A stretch of DNA of 64,000 nucleotides from Octopus vulgaris (GCA_951406725.2 OX597815.1:160518001-160582000), one strand, 5' to 3'; shown: positions 26,696-41,809, counted from the stretch's first letter. Made by a program: numbers and translations. The notes: generated by a model not told the origin, from the letters alone.

Positions 26696-29600
26696 ATCAA
26701 CCCATGGTTATAGCAAAAGACATTTGCCCAAGGTGCTATACAGTGGGACTGAACCCAAGACTACAAGGTTGGGAAGTAAGCTTCTTACTCACACAGCCAC
26801 ACCTGTGTTGTTCTATTTCACAAAGCTTTCTTTTATATCAGGTTATGTAAAATACATGAAGCACATTTCAACTTTCTTTTCTCCGTTTGTAATAAAGTTT
26901 GGCACTGGTACATACAGTTTTATATTCGTTATGAAAATTTAAATGCCTAAAACCTTTTTGATATCAACCCACCTGAGACTACCCCATGGTTCTCTAATGC
27001 AAAAGACTTGTTTTGAAGACTGAAATTTCAAACTAATTTACTTTCCAAAAACTAAGAATTTTTTATTTAATTCTTTTCAAAATCAATGGAAACAAAGGCA
27101 TTGTGTTTCAACAGAAATGCAATAAGAAAAGGGTTAATTTAACACTTTTGTGATAAGATTTCTTGCAAAATATGCTGCCTGTGTGTTCCAATTAATTTTG
27201 AAAAATAATCTAGATTTTAAAGGGATTTTGTTAAAGATTAACTTTGTTATCAAAAAATTAGTGTTTGGAAACTTCATTTGATAAAAAATGTTCTTACATA
27301 GAATCATACTGAAAGCCTCCAAGTGTTGTGGGAAGCAAGAGGAACTTATCCTTAAACAAAAGACTTGTCCTGCATATTTGCAATAGAATGGATTTTGTTG
27401 AAGATAGCCAATGGTCAACAGAATCAAAGAAATAATAAAATAAATAAATGCACCCTTTTAAAGCCTAGCCAGGCTCATGGGCCTGGTTTCCCAGTTTCTA
27501 TGGCATATGTGTTCCCCAGCTGGATGGGACACCAGTCCATCACAGCGTTACTCATTTTTGCCAGCTGTGTGGACTGGAGCAACGTGAAATGTAGTGTTTT
27601 GCTCAAGAATGCAACGCGTCACTCGATCCAGGAATCGAAACCACAATCTTACAATCATGATGCTGACACCCTAACCACTAAGCCATGCGCCTCCACAACA
27701 AAGAAATACTTAACTGAAAAAATGAGTAGCTTTTGATTTTTGAAGTTTGCACTGTAATAATTTACAAACATAGCAAAGTAAAGATGATGATGATTATGAT
27801 AATGTTTATGACATTGGTGAGGGTGGGACTTTGTACTTGGGATACCATGAGAAACTAATTTGAACTTTTCCAATACATAATGAGCTTCCATCAAAAGCAC
27901 CGATCTGATTCTCTAAGCTGTTGGATGTATTTTTGTAAAATATGTATAAAATATGAAGTGGGCTAAAAGTCATGCAACAAAGCATTTGACATTCTATTTA
28001 TATTACATTGCTATGTTCTGAGTTCGAATTCCACCGAGGTCAACTTGGCTTTTCAACCTTTCAGGGTTGATAAATTAAGAACTAGTGAAACACTGGAGTC
28101 GATGTAATTGATCTGTCCCTTCCCCTCAAATTTCAGGCCATTTGTGCCTTTAGTAGATAGGATTATTATTATTATTATTTGCTTCGTAAATATAAGGCGC
28201 AGGAGTGGCTGTGTGGTAAGTAGCTTGCTTATCAACCACATGGTTCCGGGTTCAGTCCCACTGCGTGGCACTTTGGGCAAGTGTCTTCTACTCTAGCCTC
28301 GGGCCGACCAAAGCCTTGTGAGTGGATTTGGTAGACGGAAACTGAAAGAAGCCTGTCGTATATATATGTATATATATGTGTGTGTGTTTGTCTCCCGCTG
28401 GTATGTTTACGTACCCGTTACTTAGCGGTTCGGCAAAAGAGACCGATAGAATAAGTACTAGGCTTACAAAGAATAAGTCCTGGGGTCGATTTGCTCGACT
28501 AAAAAGGCGGTGCTCCAGCATGGCCGCAGTCAAATGACTGAAACAAGTAAAAGAGAAAAGAGAAAGAGATAATGTTTTGTTTTTGAAATGTGAAATATAT
28601 ATTGAATGAGTTATGACCTACTCTGTACCTCTAGTTTCATGGCATGATACCTTGAGCAAGTGTCTTCAACTATAGCCCCAGCCTTTTGAGCAGATTTGGT
28701 AGATGAAAGTTGAAAAAAGCTGATTGTGTATGTGTGTGTGTGTGTGTATTTGAGCCTACTGGTCTTGATATTACATGATAACCATAAATGAGTGTCAGTC
28801 ATATAAGCAGTATCATTCACCTCCAATACTTTGTGGAAGTATGTTTCACCATAGAGAAAGATTATCTTGCTTATAAACTGGTTAAGGTTGGCAACAAGAA
28901 GGACATCTGACTGTAGAAAATCTGCCTCAATGAACTCCACCCAAGCCATGCAAGCATAGAAAAGGGGACATTAAAATGATAATGTATCTTTCATTTGTTC
29001 GGTTTTACAAAAATTACCGTCTTTGTGACTCATCATTTACTTGTTGTTTGTTACTTCTTGAGCCATCCCTGGCTCATAGGGCCAGTTTCCCAGTTTCCTT
29101 GGTGTATAGGTTCCCCATCTGGATGGGACACCAGTCCATCACAGGTGAGCTGCAAGATGCAGGAGGAAAGAGTGAGAGAAAGTTGTGGCAAAAGAGTCAG
29201 CATAAGTTCGCCATTACCTTCTGCCGGAGCCGCGTGGAGCTTAGGTGTTTTCGCTCATAAACACACACATCGCCCAGTCTGAGATTTGAACCTGCGATCC
29301 CATGACCATGAATCTGCTGCTCTAACCACTAGGCTATGTACCTCCACCATTATCTACTTAAGATACTTTATTTACTGAATAATGGAAAAATTCCATGCTT
29401 CACCCTAGCTATTTCAGTAAAGAAAATGGTCTCATCCAGGAATTGAAACAGAATCGCTGACATATCTTGTCAGAAGTTCAGCCTCTTGCTCTATGACATT
29501 TGCTCTTGATTGTGTGAATTATTGTGGTTCATCAAGCAAAGGTTAACAATGTGATATTTCGCATTCACTGAACGTAAAGGCTTCCATACATTGTATTGTT

Positions 29601-30578
29601 GTTGTGATGAAGATAAAGCACCAACCAAATTGTCTCTGAGTAGATCATTGCATAGAACAGAAATATTATTATTATCAAACTAGATATATAAATTCTGCTT
29701 GAAGGGTAAAAAATGAAGAACTCTTATAAACTTTGACAATTTTCACTGCATTTATTCTGTAAAATTATATAAATTGCTACAATAGATTCTACTTCACTTA
29801 AGTTTTTCAAATATTAGAAAATAGAAAAAAAGCCAAAAAACCAATAGGAAAATCTGCAAAATGTCAACGTTATTTTATTACTTCTGTAATCTGTTATTCT
29901 GATATGGCCAATGCAAATATGTGAGTTCTTTTCCAAATATAACTTTATGCTTCTGAGTTTTTGGGTATTTTTTTTTCTTTATTCATATTTTGTCTTCCTG
30001 TTTGACAGCAAGCAAAATATTGACAATAAAATAACATAGAAGGTAGGAAAATAAATATAAAAACTCTCCTACATGATCTTAACACATAAAACAAAGAGAA
30101 CACACACACACACAAACACACATACACACAACTATGTAAAATGGCGTATCTGGTGAAAATAAGTGGCATTTTGGATAAAGCTTCTTTCCGTTTTATCATT
30201 AATGACTTGATGTAATTCATTTGCTTCTTTGCATAGGCAGCATGTTCTCTATTATTATAATATTGTATCACATACATGAAGCAATAAACATTAATTTCAC
30301 CAGGAAAAATTATCCTGAATATCAAGTGATAATGAATAATCCAAGATACAGTATGATGAAACCAAATAAAATGTTTTGTAATAATACATAAAAGAAAAAA
30401 GAAATGCACATAAAAAAAACTCAATGAAAATGAAAGAGATGCATTCATTTCACTTAAAATGTAATCAGATTATGTTTCAATAAATGCTTCCTTTATATAT
30501 ATATATAGATAGATGAATACACACACATATAATCATGAAATGCATGTAAGAACTATATATAAACTTTTGTTAATCCTT

Positions 30579-30621
<43 letters not shown>

Positions 30622-30739
30622 AATGTATGTATATATACATACAGACACACATATATACACATACACGCACATATGTATATACAGACAGACAGATGGATGA
30701 ACAGATGGACAGACAAACAAACTGACAGACGGACAGAAA

Positions 30740-30740
30740 A

Positions 30741-30797
<57 letters not shown>

Positions 30798-30808
30798 CAG
30801 CTACACTG

Positions 30809-30888
<80 letters not shown>

Positions 30889-30908
30889 TGATAGGTTAGA
30901 TAGATAGA
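30740..30908. repeat. (TAGA)n microsatellite
   Basis: Direct inspection; a similar tract is at 24123-24235. Confidence 0.97.
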
Positions 30909-31824
30909 GGCATCATATGTTAAAGAAATCCAGTAAAAATGTTACCAAGTATTTATCTTGAGTTCCCTGCACAATGATTCTGTTTATATATATATATCAG
31001 AATCCAGCTTGAAGAATATAAGTTTTACTGATAACAAGAAAAAATCTATGTTCATTAATGATATATTTATGTAGCAAAGATGTTGATTTAACACTTATCC
31101 AGTAATTTTTTTTTATGCATATACTAAACCAACAAAGCAAATATCTTAATTCTGTGATATATACATAAATCTTTGTGTGTAAAATGTCATTATCATCACA
31201 ACTTTATGTCCAGATTTCTATGGTAGCATGATAGATGGAGTAGGTAATTGCACACGGAGTCAATTCTTATTCAATGTTTATCTGAGGTTTCCGTTAACCA
31301 AAATTGACAACAGCGAAGTCCAATGATGTTTATCCAAAAGAAATCCTGCCTACTTGGGTTGATGCCATTCAGTACCAATACTGCCACAGCATAGCTGTCA
31401 AAACATGGCAAAATGGAACAGAGGCTGCAAGGAATACTGTCAGACCCTTTAACATTAACCTCAGTGGAATTAGAACTCAGAGCACAGAGAGTTAAAACAC
31501 ACTGTGGTATTCTATTCAATATTCTTATGACTGACAATTCACCGTTTATTCAAAGTTACTATCCTCCATCCAACTCATACATTACCAATTTATGGATTGG
31601 ATTCTATGGCTGGATGCCCTTATTATAGTCAACTAGTACACAAAGTATTTTAAGTGTATTGTATCCTGATACCAGCATCTGAGGGGTTGTTTTGTCTCTA
31701 GCAAGACCAAAGATGTATGTAAAATATATTTATTCATCACATATCTAAAGACATATAATATTAAAAACAATTCAATGAGTCAAATCACTTTTATATATAA
31801 ATAATATTGTCTATCTGTCTGTAT

Positions 31825-31997
31825 ATATGTATGCAATGTACATATGTATGTAATGTATGTAATGTATGTATGTATGTATGTAATGTTATGTATGTATGTA
31901 ATGTATGTATGTATGTATGTAATGTATGTATGTAATGTAATGTATGTAATGTATGTATGTAATGTATGTATGTAATGTATGTATGTATGTATGTATG

Positions 31998-32031
<34 letters not shown>

Positions 32032-32052
32032 TGTATGTATGTATGTATGTAT
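31825..32052. repeat. (TATG)n/(TAATG) compound microsatellite
   Basis: Direct inspection. Confidence 0.95.
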
Positions 32053-32664
32053 ATCAGTAGATAGAAAGACAGAGTGAATAGATAGTCGGATAGAGTATAT
32101 CTTCAATGATGCTTAGGGTAACTGATGTTAGAATGGTTAGAGTACTGGATAAAATGCCTAGTGAAATTTATTCTGGATCTTTACAGAAAATCTTCAAATA
32201 ATTCCATTGTAGTCAACTGTGCCTTTGCCAATATAAGCGTCAATAAAAGCACCTTCTTATGTTGATACTAGGGCCTGCCAAGTATCAGAGTTAATTTAAA
32301 CAACAATAAATTGGAATCTGGAATTATTAAGGCTGTTCACTGTTGGTTTCAACTTTGTTCTGGCAACCCCTGCAATGACACAGGTACCAAGTTGTACTGA
32401 CATTAGCCCCTCCCTCCTTTTTTTTATATTTTTATCAGAAAGTCAGATTGGAAGGCAGTGCCCATAACTGTTTACAGGGCTTCTAAGACTGGAGGGGAGG
32501 GGAGGGGAGAGTAAGGTATCCTCAAATTGGAGACCAGGCTCAAATACTTGCAACAGAGTGGACTCCATGGAAGACAACCAAGATGTTAAACTAGATGACA
32601 AATTAAGTGTACATGTTAAGTAGAGTATAGTGAGATTTGAACTCAGAATGCAGAGAGCCAGATA

Positions 32665-33229
32665 TTGGGTTGTCAGGAAAGTAAGTGCCGAATTATAGCA
32701 GCTTATCTTTCGACTTATTTTAGAACATGGTTGAGTCCATAAAATAGGATTTGACTACACCTCCATTTAGAGCACAGTTTAAGCTATTTTTTCGTGGAAG
32801 AAGGTTTATGTTCCTATAACCTGTGTTAATTCTGTACCCCTTTAAAATGGAAGATAAAAAAGTTCATTTTTGGCACTTGATGCTTTGGGAGCCAGACAAA
32901 AATTGTTGCAGCTCGGCTGGGATGTGTTACTCCACCTTCCATATTCACCAGATATTGCTCCTTCGGATTTCCACTTATTCAGGTCTCTGCAGAATAGTCT
33001 TAATGGTAAAAATTTCAATTCCTTGAATGACGTAAAAAGATACCTTGATGAATTCTTTGCCATGAAACCACCTCAATTCTGGGAAGAGGGTATTTTCAAG
33101 TTAAAGGAAAGATAGACACATTGTGCCACAAAATGGTTCATATTTGTTTGATTAAAAATGTAATGGCAAGTATTTATTGACCTTTTTCTTTCCTTAAAAA
33201 ATCAGCATGAACTTTCCAGACAACCCCAA
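32665..33229 (+). mobile_element. Internally deleted mariner transposon
   Basis: TIRs are ttgggttgtcaggaaagt / actttccagacaacccc, with a 5' TA. The N-terminus MEDKKVHFWHLML is joined to the C-terminus LGWDVLLHLPYSPDIAPSDFHLFRSL. Confidence 0.92.
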
Positions 33230-33918
33230 AAAATATTGTAAGACACCCAGTCCAACATTCTTTCAGTTCTGCTAATGTTGTTTCCTTGGAGTGGTACTCT
33301 TGTAATCAACTCCAAGAAGATGGAAGAAAATGGTGAAGTTAGTGGGAATGGGACTCAGAATGTTAGAACAAGTACAAGGCTTTCTTTTGATACACTAACA
33401 GCTCTGCCAGTTTACCAGTGATATAGAGAGGAGAGAGACTGCTCCTTAAGTAACAACTAGTCAAACATACAACTGCGTTTAGGCCTGCACCATAAAGAGA
33501 GCAATCCAGTTTCCTCACTACACTCTGAAAACAAAGACTAAATTAAGCCTATCCTATTACAGAGCCATGGTCTCACAAGACACACATGTTAAAGACGATG
33601 TTAAAAGGAAAAATGATTAACGTGATATAACATTCATATATATTTCTTACATGCAATTTCAAAGTGTGTTTTAGCTTCCAGAATCCAGTCCAATATATAT
33701 TGTATCTAGAAGTTGAAAAAGCGATTTCATTTATTTTTATTATTTCTTTGGTAAATGGTTCTTTTATCTTAATTGTTCACTTCCATTTGGACATTTTCCA
33801 TTAACAGATGACTGGAAAAGACAGTCAAAAACACATACATACACACATATGAGTCTACATACATACATACACGCACTCACATAACAAACACACACATACA
33901 CACACACATACACACACA

Positions 33919-33950
<32 letters not shown>

Positions 33951-36900
33951 TATATATATATATATGTGTGTGTGTATATAAATATAAAAAAAAAGATAAA
34001 TAGATAGATAGACAGACTGGCAGATAGCTAGAGATAGAGAGATGGAAAGAGAGATGGATAGATAGATAGACAGATAGATAGGTGGACAGATAGATAGATG
34101 TAGATATTTTCAACCTACTCAACTCCTTAATGATCAACAACAACTACAAAAATTATACGAACAATATAAGCAATTCCATCTTAAAATAAAAGACTATCCC
34201 ATTAAATGATATGGTAGTCTAGTGTGTTTTGAAAGTTGGACAAAATGTCTTTTATCTTATGCCAGTGAGGAACGATTTAAGATTAAACAGCAACAAAAAT
34301 ACAATTAACAAAAATTGTATGACCACTGCTTTTACTACCACCTATACCAAAACTGATACAACCAACACTACCACCACCACTATCAACCAATAGTCTTTTG
34401 GATTACCAAATGACAACAACTATAATAATATCAGTATGATAGCAACGTCTGTAGCTACATATGTTGCATGTCAACAGAATGGTGTGTGTATGTGCAAATA
34501 GAGTGTAGAAAGTTTTTGAATAAAGTCAGAGTGTAAAAGGTGAAGTACCATGAACTTTCTAACCCTTCAACTAACTGTAATTATGCAGTTGTTCCTCCAA
34601 CCTCACTCCTCTACTATTTTATCTTTTCATTTGCATTCTTACATCTACATAAATAGGCGCAGGAGTGGCTATGTGGTAAGTAGCTTGCTTACCAACCACA
34701 TGGTTCCAGATTCAGTCTCACTGCGTGGCACCTTGGGCAAGTGTCTTCTACTATAGCCTTGGGCCGACCAAAGCCTGTTAGTGGATTTGGTAGACAGAAG
34801 CTGAAAGAAGCCTGTCGTATATATATATGTGTGTGTGTTATGCATGTGTGTGTGTGTGTGTGTGTGTTTGTATTTGTTCCTCTATCATCGCTTGAGAACT
34901 GATGCAGGTGTGTTTGTGTTCCCATCACTTAGCGGTTCAGCAAAAGAGACTGATAGAATAAGTACTACACTTACAAAGAATAAGTCCTAGGGTCAATTTG
35001 CTTGACTAAAGGCAGTGCTCTAGCATGGCCACAGTCAAATGACTGAAACAAGTAAAAGAGTAAAGAGAGTAGGACAAATTTTTGTTCTCATGATAGCACT
35101 GTGGTAAAAAAGAACTCCTGCTGCTATTTTTTATAATCCATTTCATATATGTAGTGTTCTACATATTTGAGATGGATGAACTTGTAAGCAATTGTATGCA
35201 AAACTTGGGAAAAAAATATTGGCATTTCAGAATTTTGGATAAGGAAAATTAAATAGTAAAAATAAAATATTACTAAAATAGAAAAAGAAAATTTTTTCAC
35301 AAAAAACAAAATATGCTGAATACCTTTGCTCTATTTAAGGATGTGTAGCTTAATTTTTATCATGATCCCTATCATTTTCAAAGTTTTCAATTTTATTTTC
35401 ACTGCTATCATCATTGACAACTTCATTATATTAACCTGTGGCACCATAAAGTCAGATATTTAAAATCATTTATTTGTAGGTCTTTACTAATTTCTCTTGC
35501 TTTGAATAATTATTCTCTTGCTCGATAGAGAAATACTAGATCTTCTATGATAAGGTATTGATGTCTCCAGTCGTTCTTCTAATTTAGGTCAATAAGCAAT
35601 TATGAAAGATGTGTTTTGTGCACAGTCAAAATTTCAGTAACCCTTCTTATTTTTCTCTATTTTGATGTTATGATTGCTGGTGGCATTTACCAAAACAGTA
35701 CAGCCCTACTGCTGATTGCCTCAACACTTTCAATCACATGTAACTTGTAACTGGCTGTCTTTGCTGATCACCTCTGTTTAAATCCCATCAACGATAATGT
35801 AAAATGGAAGTATAAAGATAGTTCTTTTACTCTTTTATCAATTCACTTGTCTCAGCCATTTCACTGTGGCCATACTGGGGCACTACCTTGAAGGGTTTAG
35901 TCAAAGAAATCAACCCTAGTACTTATTTTCTTAAAGTATGGTACACATTCTACTGGCCTCTTTTTGTCAAACCACTAAGTTACAAGGATGTAAACAAACC
36001 AACACCAGTTGTTAAATGGTGGTGGGGGGACAAACACACACACATACACATATTATTATGTAAATGCAACTGTATGTGGTTAAGTATGTGTGTTTAACGC
36101 TAAAAGGTTCAGTAATGAAAAATGAATTTGATTTCGAAATCTAAATCACATTGTCACCCATAAATGATAATAAAAAAATATAATTTTTTATGAGAAATAA
36201 CTCGACTTTAGATTGACAGCTCTCCCACTCTCTATTACCATCAATCTATCTATCTCTATATATTTACCATATTCTTTGACACACTTTCTTTTTATATGTA
36301 TTAACTCTCATGAATTGCTTTCATTTTGGTTAAAGTCTCATCTTCTAATGTATCATTTTATGATACACAGCAATCATGCACAAAATGCATCGCTTCCAAA
36401 TCTTGTTTTCTGATTGGGTAAAAATGATCAAACTTTAAACCTTTGTAACATTTTTCTAAAATTTTTTTAGAATAAATGTATCACAAACTCAACTACAGGT
36501 GCAGAATAAGTCAAAATAATTGAAGTGGATTTGAATAAAGAATCTCTGGAATTACGTTTTCTGTCTCCGATTTGTCTCTATAAACTCTATGGACACCAAG
36601 GAATTCCTCAGGTAAATCAAGTACCATGTGCATTTCAACTGTTGATGTGGATGAGCTTTAAACAGCATCCTACAAAGCTTCTACATAAATATGATGTAAC
36701 AAAATATATATATGTGTATGTATATATATATAAGCATATATATAGGAGTGGGTGCTGAAACGTTTCTGGTGTCAGATAAAAGAAAATACATGAGGATCAG
36801 TTCATTATGGTTTTATTCAACATATTCCTCTCTCAGGTTCACACGCTTATTGCAGTGGTCCTCCAGTTTTTCTAAACCCTGTAAAAGAACTTGGAAGGTT

Positions 36901-37314
36901 GGGCCTCCAGCCAGACCTTTCACAATACCCTTAAAACCAAAAACATTTCAGTACCCCCTTGCAGGAGTGGCTGTGTGGTAAAAAGCTTGCTTCCCAACTG
37001 CACGGCTCCAGGTTCAGTCCCACTATGTGGCTTCTTAGGCAAGTTTCTTCTACTATAGCCTTGGGCTATATATATGTGTATGTATTTGTGTGTCTGTGTT
37101 TGTCCCCCAACCATCGCTTGATGACCGATGTTGGTGTGCTTATGTCCCCGTAACTTAGTGATTTGGCATAAAAGAGACTGATAGAATAAGTACAAGGCTT
37201 ACAAAGAATAAGTCCTGGAGTCAATTTGTTTGACTAAAGATGGTGCTCCAGCATGGCTGCAGTCAAATAACTGAAACAAGTGAAAGAATAAAAGAGAAAA
37301 AATGAATATGTATA

Positions 37315-37526
37315 TGAGAGGGTGTTGAAAAGTTCCTGGCTTTTGGTAAAAGAAAATACAGGAGGATCAGTTAATCATGATTTTATTGAACATATTCCCT
37401 TCTCAGATTCACACTTATTTCAGTGGTTATTTAATTTTTTTAAGCCTCGTAGAACTCGGAAGGTTGAGCCTCTAGCTAGGCTTTTTGTGATACCCTTAAA
37501 GTTAGGAACTTTTCGGCACTCCCTCA
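37315..37526 (+). mobile_element. Mariner-type MITE (~210 bp); other copies at 36745-36961 (+) and 49010-49226 (-)
   Basis: TIRs tgagagggtgttgaaaagttcct / aggaacttttcggcactccctca with TA flanks. Three homologous copies are present in the window. Confidence 0.8.
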
Positions 37527-38395
37527 TATGTATGTGTGCCCATCCATGTTTATATGCATATGTGTAGAAACACACTCACACACACATATAAACACATATA
37601 AATATCATGTTCATACTTTTATAGGCCTATATGTAATTTAAAAATCCAGTGCATATGTATTTTTTCTCTTGAGAAAAAACTACTCTCCTTAATATTTTAC
37701 ACTTAATGGAACATTAAACATTAGAGGATATATATACGAAGAGAATTTTGAGTTTTGCTTTAGACTAGATTTGCCTCAGGTAAATTAGCTTGAAATAGAT
37801 AATTTATTGATAGCTGTAACTATGAAGTTAATGCTAACAACAGAATGCTGGGTTTATTCATCACACATACACACAGATCCATGTATGCACACACACACAC
37901 ATACACACGTATGTAAATACATGTCTATGTGTGTATGATACCATATTCTATAAATGTATATATATGTGAATATATGTGTGTGTGTATGTGTGTATATAAA
38001 TGTGTGTGCATATAAATACATATATGGGTATGTATATATGTGTGTATATATATATATTTGTGTGTGTATGTGTGTGTATATGTATGGAGAGAGGGGGATA
38101 GTGATGCAAATAAACACACTTGGGCTTGCTATATAAAATATACATACATGCACATACACATATCCCTATATATTAAATCTACATGTACATATGCATGTAT
38201 GTACATTTTATACATCAACCTCAAGCATGTTTATTTGCAACACTATCTCCATATGAGCTCACCTGGATTCCTCTTATACCTACTCTTTATCCCACAGACT
38301 TATTCCTTGATTAAGACTTCAAAGTGTAAGTCCAAATCATTTAAGCACTACTACATGTTTTCTACACTGAGCATCTCTGAATCTCACCTGTTGAC

Positions 38396-38427
<32 letters not shown>

Positions 38428-38428
<1 letters not shown>

Positions 38429-38990
38429 TGGGTCATCCCATAAATAATGCCTATTTTTCAATTGCATGAAGTAAAAATTGGAGGGGAGGGTAAACTACCT
38501 GCATCAACTTGCTATAAAAGCAGGGAGTAATTTTACTTTGCCCTTATCCTTAGTGCAAGTTTTGAAAAGTGCAGTTCGACCTTAACAATTATGGTTTCAA
38601 AACTATAATGGAAGTGACAAAGGAGCATAGTCAGCATATTTCGCTTTATGAGTTCCATAAAGGTAACAATGCAATGGAAAGTGCCAGGAATATTAATACA
38701 GTGCATGGGGATTGGACAATAAGCATAAGCCAGTGTCAACGGTGGTTTCAGAAATTCTGAGCTGGAAGCTACAGCCTAGAAAATTTGTAAAGCTCAACGA
38801 GGATGTCCTGCAAACCCTGGTGGGACAAAATCCCATCGTAACTGTTGAGGAAATAGCAGAGAAGCTTGGATTTGGTCATTTAACCATTCATTGACACCTG
38901 TATGCCATCAGGAAAGTCAGCAAATTAGGTCAATGGGTTCCTCAAAACTTTCTGAGTCAAATCATGTGCAGAGAGTGAATGTGTATTCCA
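38428..38990 (+). mobile_element. Mariner 5' fragment (TIR, HTH domains, WVP motif)
   Basis: Begins TA-ttgggtcatcccataaat and translates to MEVTKEH..LYEFHKG..QRWFQKF*..TVEEIAEKLG..KLGQWVP. It is truncated by an HHR-type repeat. Confidence 0.88.
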
Positions 38991-39120
38991 CTTTGCTAGG
39001 GAAGGAAAGAAAGGATGTTTTACGTTTTGAGAAAAGCTGTTCTTCAGAAACAGGAGACAGAGGAAAGTTCAAAAGAAAAGGAAGATGGAGGGAAAAAATC
39101 ATCAACAATCCACATGTAGT

Positions 39121-39189
<69 letters not shown>

Positions 39190-39382
39190 GAAAAAGAACA
39201 CATGAGTTGATATATATGGAAAAAAAGTCAAGGTAGAAAATGCTAAAATAATTTTATAAAAAACATTGCAGTACCGGTTTCAATCATTAAGACTTTTTCA
39301 AATCTTAAGTATGGAAAACAATAAAATTTTGGCAAAATTAAAAGAAAAGTTTTTAAAATATTCTTTTAAAAAGAGTATCTGT

Positions 39383-40240
39383 TCAGCAATGTATCTTGTC
39401 GTTGGTGATGTGTCCTGGTATGATATTCACAGTATCTGCTAGAGGCATTGTAGCTGAAATACATTGAGCCTTTGCGTGGTCTTTGTTGATGTCTTCCACG
39501 TTTCTACCATGTATACTGCCAGTAGTAAGGTGATACTGTTGAAGAGGTGCATTTTGGTCTTGCTGGAGATCGCTCTGCCTGCCCAGATGGGTTTGAGTCT
39601 TGAAAGGCAGCCAAAGCCTTTCTAATCCGGCAGGCAATGTTGTGTTCAATGTCTCTCTCATTGTCTATAACACTGCCCAAATAGGTGAACTTCTCAACTT
39701 CCTCGATTTGGTGTTGTCCAATCATCAAAGAGATGCCATTGTTGATCCCATCGACATCCATTCCTCATGATCTACGTCTTGTTTTCACTCATGTGGAGTC
39801 TTCCCATTCCAATCTCTCTGCCATTGTGCGAATGACATTCTTTGTCACTCCAAGGTGCACAATGTCATCGGCAAAGTCGAGGTCAGTCAGGCACCCTGAC
39901 CCACACTACAGAATCCCAACTCCACGTTGGTGCATCACCTCACCCATGACAAAGTTGATTGCTGTAAGAAAAAGGAGAAAGAATAGAATACACCTTTACT
40001 GGACACTGTCTAAATGGCAAATTAGTTAGTGTAGCCCATCTCTGTTTGAATGCAGCACCTAGACTCATAGTAAAAGCACTGAAAGGTGTCAATGGAACAC
40101 TCAGGAATGCTGAAGTCACGAGCGATGTACCACAATGAACTCTGGTAAATGCTGTCAAATGCCTTGACAAAATCAATGAAAATGATTGGTTGCTGTTGCT
40201 GATATTCCAGGCTTTGTTTGGTAATGTTGTTGGATGACAT
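39383..40240 (-). mobile_element. Decayed RTE (BovB-like) LINE reverse transcriptase fragment
   Basis: FIDFVKAFDS, DLDFADDI-like and IEEVEKFTYLGSVID motifs are spread across frameshifted frames. Confidence 0.85.
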
Positions 40241-40516
40241 ATGACGGTTCGACAGTTTCTTACCGGATAATCACACAGATGATTTGATTATAGTGATCAA
40301 ACGTTTGTCTAGACATAAGGCCACTCCCTCCATCAAATCAACATTACCTGCACAGGTGCAACTGGGTGCCACATGTCAAATGTCAAAATGATTGCAGAGC
40401 AATGTGAAATGAAGGGCTTTATTCAAGAACATAACGCAACACCTGGTCTGGAAATTAAACCCACGATCTTGCAATCATGAGTGCAACACCCTAACCACTA
40501 AGCCACACACCTTCAC

Positions 40517-40564
<48 letters not shown>

Positions 40565-41809
40565 GGTACAGACATGGCTGTGAGGTAAGAAGTTTGTTTC
40601 CTAGCCATGTGGTTCTGGGTTCAAACTCACTGTGTTGTACCTTTGGCAAGTATCTTCTTTGTGTATGGATTTGGGAGATGGAAACTGAAAGAAGCCTGAC
40701 GTGTGTGTGGGTGTGTGTGCATGTGCATGTGTGTGTATGTGTGCATGTCTCTGAGTTTGTGCTTGTCCCGCACCACTGCTTGGCAATCGGTGTTAGTCTG
40801 TTTACATCCTTCTGACATAACAGGTCATCAAAAGAGTTCAATAGAATAAGTACCAAACTTAAAAAATGAATATTAGGGTTGATTCATTCTACTAAGATTC
40901 TTCAAGATGGTGCCCCAGCATGGCCTCAGTCTAATGACTGAAGCAAGTGAAAGAAGATAAAAGAAGATACTGGAGATGTAGTTGTTCAGCAAGTGACTCA
41001 ACTTGATCTAAAACTGCTGAAACAGAAACAATTATATCTTAGCCATATTATTTTTAGCCAGTGAAGAACACAAAAATATTTACAATCACTTTATCTTTTT
41101 GTTATCGCTTCTTAGTTTTCTCTTTTATGAAGAGTAATGGAAATTTTTTTATATATCATAATAGACAATTTACAAACAAAATTTTTCAGGAAATTGTTTA
41201 TTTTTTGCCAGAAAACTAGTTTTAGATAAAATTTTGAAGAATTCAAAATTTGCATGTAACACGTACAGGATTTTTAAAGAGCTTCTTAGAAAGAAAAATA
41301 AACATATCATATATGTATTTTATGTATGCGTATTATATGCCAGGGAATATATTTCTTTGAAACAGGTATACATTTCATGATTATAAATTTATAGTCATAT
41401 GTAGTACTACATAAACTTTGATGCATATTTAAGATTAAAAATAATATGCAGTTTGATAATCCCATAAGACTCAGGTTAAAATCATCATTACAATTTTAGG
41501 TTTACATAAATTCCAATGTTTGATGCATGTATGCATTTTTTTTTTCTTAGGTAAAAATAAATTCTCTCTATAATGCTTTTATCGATAATGGAACATTAAA
41601 CTATTTGAGGGTATATGTAAAAACAATTTTGAAATTTTTCTCTAGAATTAGATTTACCTCTAGTAAATTAGTTTGAAATAAATAACTCCTTGATAACTAT
41701 TGCTAAGATGTTGGTGTTAGTGAGAATACACTGGCTGTCAACTACTATCCAACTATCCATGTTTATCTGTCTATTTATTTATCTTTCTATTTATACATAT
41801 ACCCCCCAC

